Origin: Candidatus Doudnabacteria bacterium
GTDB lineage: Bacteria > Patescibacteriota > Doudnabacteria > UBA920
DNA: 52,385 nucleotides
Direction: 5' to 3'
Assembly (NCBI GenBank): GCA_038203095.1
Contig: JBBREH010000003.1
Span: 1-52,385, forward strand
How positions within the stretch are numbered: the first letter of the stretch is position 1; the number at the start of each line of letters is the position of its first letter. The position numbers and the translations under genes were made by a program. The notes below the pieces were generated by a model. That model ran no database searches, was not told the DNA's origin, and was given only the letters and a program-made list of their open reading frames with translations. Shown here one piece after another: positions 48,574 to 52,385 of this stretch.

Positions 48574-48628
48574 TGTAGCGTGCCGATTCATTGGCGTTTT
48601 AGGATGGCCCATAAATGGGCACGCTACA
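48574..48628. repeat. REPIN-like doublet between alr and ddl
   Basis: tgtagcgtgcc...ggcacgctaca 11-bp terminal inverted repeat. Confidence 0.75.
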
Positions 48629-48629
48629 T

Positions 48630-49778
48630 TTAGATTACATTTCTTCTTAAATGCTGGGGAATATGAACTAGTATTTCATATGGAATACAGTCACAAAGTT
48701 TGGCAACGTTTTCTACGGAATTTCTTCCGTCTTTATCGGAGCTAATTATCACCGTTTCGTCTTCCAGCTTAGCATCGGTAATATTTGAAACATCAATACT
48801 GCTTATATTCATACTAACACGTCCCACGAGCGGGCAAAAGACGTCGCCAACTTTAAAAAACCCTTTGCTTGAAAGTCGTCTGTCCACGCCTTCATTATAC
48901 CCCACGGGCACTGTGGCTACCACCATATCTTTTTGGGCGGTAAAAGTAATGCCATAGCCGACTTTTTCTCCGGCGGGGATAGTTTTTAGGGAGCTAATAA
49001 CCGAGACCATTTCTAAAGCAGGCTTTAAATTAAGTTTGGCAAAAGGCGAAGGGTTAATGCCGTAAAGACCAAGCCCTGTGCGACCAACGTTGGCGTCAAA
49101 TTGGCTGCTGTAATGACTGCCAGCGGTGTTGGAAGTATGAAGATATTTAATGTCAGGAAAATGTTTTTTAAACTCCGTGGCCGCCCTGTTCCATTTTTGG
49201 ATTTGGCTTTGGGTAAAATCAGCTGTCTCGCCGTCCGCATCGGCATAATGAGTACATAATCCTTCTAAAATAAAGTTAGGGTTTTGCTTGATTAGCTTTA
49301 TAGCTTGCTCTACTTGTTCTGTTAATATCCCCTGCCTATGCATACCAGTGTCTATTTTTAAATGAAAAAATCTTGGCTGGTTTAATTTATGAACAAGATT
49401 TTTTAGTTGTTCTAAATCAATAATGCCATAACTCACATTGTTTAATTTGTTTGAAATAATTTCACATGTTCTTACATAGCCCAAAATCAGAATTTTTGAT
49501 TTAATTTGATTTTGTTTTAAAACCAAAGCTTCGTAAAAAGAGTCCACCATAAAAAATGGCAAATTTTGGATATCCAAAATTTTTGCCACTTCCACTAAGC
49601 CGTGGCCATAAGCGTTACTTTTCAATACCGGTGCGAATTTTAATTTAGGATAAGTTTTTTGAAATTCATTCAAATTATGCAAAATTGCATCTTTAAAAAC
49701 CCGTACTTCTATAAGCGGTTCGTACTTTACCCGCGGCGCTGTTATTTTGCTAATGATTTTTTTTAAAATATTTCCCAT
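48630..49778 (-). CDS. alr: Alanine racemase
   Basis: VLKSNAYGHG, KIDTGMHRQG, VGYNEG, VGRVSMN, IPYE. Confidence 0.95.
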   Translation of the reverse strand: MGNILKKIISKITAPRVKYEPLIEVRVFKDAILHNLNEFQKTYPKLKFAPVLKSNAYGHGLVEVAKILDIQNLPFFMVDSFYEALVLKQNQIKSKILILGYVRTCEIISNKLNNVSYGIIDLEQLKNLVHKLNQPRFFHLKIDTGMHRQGILTEQVEQAIKLIKQNPNFILEGLCTHYADADGETADFTQSQIQKWNRAATEFKKHFPDIKYLHTSNTAGSHYSSQFDANVGRTGLGLYGINPSPFAKLNLKPALEMVSVISSLKTIPAGEKVGYGITFTAQKDMVVATVPVGYNEGVDRRLSSKGFFKVGDVFCPLVGRVSMNISSIDVSNITDAKLEDETVIISSDKDGRNSVENVAKLCDCIPYEILVHIPQHLRRNVI

Positions 49779-49816
49779 TCTTGTCAATCCTTTAATTCTT
49801 GATCAATCTTGTCAAT

Positions 49817-51274
49817 CTACAAATAATTGTCTCCCCAATCATTCTGAAACAAAATTACATCACCGGGTTTTAAAATATTTTTTAATGCGGCGTGGGCTTC
49901 TGGGGCGGAATTAAACCAAAAAATAGTGGGTAGTGGGTAGTGGGTAGTGGGTAGTCCGGATTTAATTCCTTCTTCAATGTACCCCGTTACACTATTTTTA
50001 ATTAGTATTGCCACATCCGCCACTCCCGCCAATTGTTTTCCAATTTCTCGATGAATCTCCGCCGCCGCTTTGCCGGTTTCTACCAATCCGGGCGTAATAT
50101 AAATTTTACGGCGGTTGGAAAATCGTGACAGGACTTTAATCGCCTCCCTAACGCCGTCCGGGTTGCCGTTGTAGCTGTCGTCTATCACCAAAACGTCTCC
50201 CGGGGATTTTATTGGCTGCAGGCGATGCTCAACCGGTTTAATATTTTTAATGCCCGCGATGATTTCCTGCGGGCTCATCCCCAAACCAAGGCCGATTTTT
50301 ATTGAGGCATCAGCATCTCCAAGCGCATACTCTCCCAACAAATGAAGTTTTGCATCATTCGCACCTTCAACAAAAAAATCCCAGCATAAATTAGTTGTGT
50401 TAAACTTTTCACTTTTCACTTTACACTTTTCACTGTTAGAATTTTTTGTAAAAAATTCTAACTTGTGATCCGGCCAAACAAACTTTTTATAATTAGCCAT
50501 TATATTTTTATCATCGGCATTTAAAACAATTGTCGCGCCGGCCTTAGACACGGACACAGCTTCAAAAATGGTGACGATAATACTGTCCAGGGTTTTCATT
50601 CTTTCCAAATGGGCCTCATTAATACCTGTTATTACGCTAATATCCGGCCTCGCAATATTACAAATATCCTTAATATCCCCCCTGTAATGCTCCCCCATTT
50701 CCACAATCATAATTTGCGTTGAGGCATTGAGTTTTTTTAAAACCCATCTCGCAATCCCCACCGGCGTATTCACGCTTTCCGGTGTTGCCATGGTATTAAA
50801 TTTAGCTGATAACACCGCGGCCAAAACATCTTTTATTGTAGTCTTACCATAACTACCGGCAATTCCCACAATTTTTAATTTTTTAAATTTGTTAATTTTT
50901 AAATTTGCCTGAAAAATAATAACTGATTTAACTATAAAATCTATTGGCCAGAGCGTAATCCAAGCCAGAGTATATAGTATGGGGTATAAAGTATTTAGTA
51001 TGAGAAAAGCCAAAATACTTAATACTAAATACTCAATACTAAATACTAAAAGTCCGGCGGTTAAAAAATAAAAAAATAAAAAACAAAATAATATATGCAA
51101 AAAGACAGCCATTGCCAATAGTAATCCGGCTTTTAGTGTCCAGACTAAATTTTTTCTTTGTTCTTTCGGCAAAAACCAACCGCGCTTAATTAGCAATTTC
51201 CAAAATCGTCCAAGTTCATAGTTCTCTAGCTGGAGGAGATAAAGGTGATATTTTATTGTTTTGAATGGGTTCAT
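49817..51274 (-). CDS. murF: UDP-N-acetylmuramoyl-tripeptide--D-Ala-D-Ala ligase with N-terminal membrane anchor
   Basis: GIAGSYGKTT, NTPVG, EMG, IDDSYNGNP, LFQND; ATG 51274 preferred. Confidence 0.9.
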   Translation of the reverse strand: MNPFKTIKYHLYLLQLENYELGRFWKLLIKRGWFLPKEQRKNLVWTLKAGLLLAMAVFLHILFCFLFFYFLTAGLLVFSIEYLVLSILAFLILNTLYPILYTLAWITLWPIDFIVKSVIIFQANLKINKFKKLKIVGIAGSYGKTTIKDVLAAVLSAKFNTMATPESVNTPVGIARWVLKKLNASTQIMIVEMGEHYRGDIKDICNIARPDISVITGINEAHLERMKTLDSIIVTIFEAVSVSKAGATIVLNADDKNIMANYKKFVWPDHKLEFFTKNSNSEKCKVKSEKFNTTNLCWDFFVEGANDAKLHLLGEYALGDADASIKIGLGLGMSPQEIIAGIKNIKPVEHRLQPIKSPGDVLVIDDSYNGNPDGVREAIKVLSRFSNRRKIYITPGLVETGKAAAEIHREIGKQLAGVADVAILIKNSVTGYIEEGIKSGLPTTHYPLPTIFWFNSAPEAHAALKNILKPGDVILFQNDWGDNYL

Positions 51275-51340
51275 AAATTTTTTTGTGAGGGCTGCCATCA
51301 GCAACTCGAATGCCCCAAATATGGAGGCCAATGGCCTCCG

Positions 51341-52099
51341 CTACAGGCCGATAAAACTTGATAAGGCGTTTATAAATTCCTCTGGCTTATCTAAAAAACT
51401 AAAATGCCCGGCGTTAGCAAGAATTTGAAATTGAGAATTGGAAATTAGAGATTGCATTTTTTTTCCAAACTCAACCGGCGTGTCTTGGTCATTTTCTCCG
51501 GTTATAATTAGGGTTGGGCAAGTTATTTTTTTCATGTCGGTCGATAAATCCTCGCTTGTAATATTTATAAAAGTTTGCTGTAATTGCGGTGTAGCAAGAT
51601 AATCTTCCGCGCCAATGTGTTTATAAATTTTCTTTCTTAGCTCCTGCATAAATTTAGGTTTAAAAAAAGGTTTTGCAATTTTTGCAGCAACCCCAAACAC
51701 ATTTTTTTTTGCTGATGAAATAGCAAATCCCGCGCTGTCTACTAAAACCAATTTGCTTATAATTTCCGGATGTTGCGACGCCAACTTAATCCCCACTCGT
51801 CCCCCAAATGAATGCCCGACTAAAACTACATTTTTTAACTCCAATTTTTTTATAAAATCGGCCACCACATCAGCATAATCCCCTATCGTCATCGGTCGTG
51901 TCGGAACTTGCGACGCGCCAAAACCCGGCAAGTCCAATGCATAACTTTCTACTTTTAACTTCAAACTTTTAACTACAGCCTGCCAAACCTCTTTACTTGA
52001 CCGCCATCCATGCAAAAAAACCAAAGTCTTTCCTTGCTCTGCGCACGGCTTATTTATATAGCTAAGTAATAGATTTTTTGCAATTAACTGTTCAGTCAT
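51341..52099 (-). CDS. Alpha/beta hydrolase
   Basis: FLHGW, DLPGFG, GHSFGG nucleophile elbow, GENDQDTP, AGHF. Confidence 0.9.
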   Translation of the reverse strand: MTEQLIAKNLLLSYINKPCAEQGKTLVFLHGWRSSKEVWQAVVKSLKLKVESYALDLPGFGASQVPTRPMTIGDYADVVADFIKKLELKNVVLVGHSFGGRVGIKLASQHPEIISKLVLVDSAGFAISSAKKNVFGVAAKIAKPFFKPKFMQELRKKIYKHIGAEDYLATPQLQQTFINITSEDLSTDMKKITCPTLIITGENDQDTPVEFGKKMQSLISNSQFQILANAGHFSFLDKPEEFINALSSFIGL

Positions 52100-52174
52100 A
52101 AAGGTATAATATCATTGCTTAAGTTATTTTAACAGTATATAATGTATAGGATTTTCTGATTGATTATTGTTGAC

Positions 52175-52248
52175 CGGGCTGGAGTATGTCGGTCGTACGC
52201 ACGCTTCGGGTGCGTGTAGACTGGGTTCAATTCCCAGCAGCCCGACCA
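52175..52248 (+). tRNA. tRNA-Pro(CGG)
   Basis: Acceptor CGGGCTG/CAGCCCG, anticodon arm cacgc-ttCGGgt-gcgtg, CCA. Confidence 0.93.
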
Positions 52249-52385
52249 AGAGTAATTATTCAACTGACCCATAAAAAACATCCCGCCAAAAGCGGGATGT
52301 TTTTTGGTGGTGTTTGTTTGAAAAAGTCAGAACCCATTTCGAGCAGAACCCCTAGCTTCGCACGCTCCGCGTGCGTGGTGGCTTG

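Noticed and set aside
52325-52385. cagaaccc motifs near the window end as the RNase P RNA 3' end
   Set aside because: No GAGGAAAGTCC or other RNase P core visible, and the sequence is truncated

Overview
Gene content and compact organisation suggest a Patescibacteria (CPR) chromosome segment; this taxonomy is inferred, not proven. Core genes include gyrA, rpsA, rbfA, infB, recA, ftsK, rnhB and ddl/alr/murF. There are eight tRNA genes, a partial pyrimidine operon (prs-pyrE-pyrF-pyrD), an aspA / kinase / thrC operon and a BrnT/BrnA-type toxin-antitoxin pair. Main highlights: (1) a tRNA-Phe(GAA) gene split after U33 by a 223-nt group I intron, with P1, P10 and P7 pairings readable by eye. (2) An ~8.9-kb integrative element (10043-18949) in the CCA end of tRNA-Gly with a 5-bp TGGAG core. 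It carries a Rep_trans-like initiator and a coupled xis-like HTH / HTH-fused N6-MTase / PD-(D/E)xK nuclease / large serine recombinase operon, and excision would swap the recombinase C-terminus. (3) Four TrmB-like regulators share one promoter/operator layout, each facing a divergent gene; one of these genes is a sigma70 region-4-like orphan. (4) A shikimate-kinase-fold protein with altered substrate residues is coupled to thrC and may be a homoserine kinase. (5) Several small repeat families sit in frame inside housekeeping genes, and a perfect (AAAGATT)11 array lies in the recA leader. No CRISPR array or rRNA was seen. All family calls come from motif recognition without database searches.
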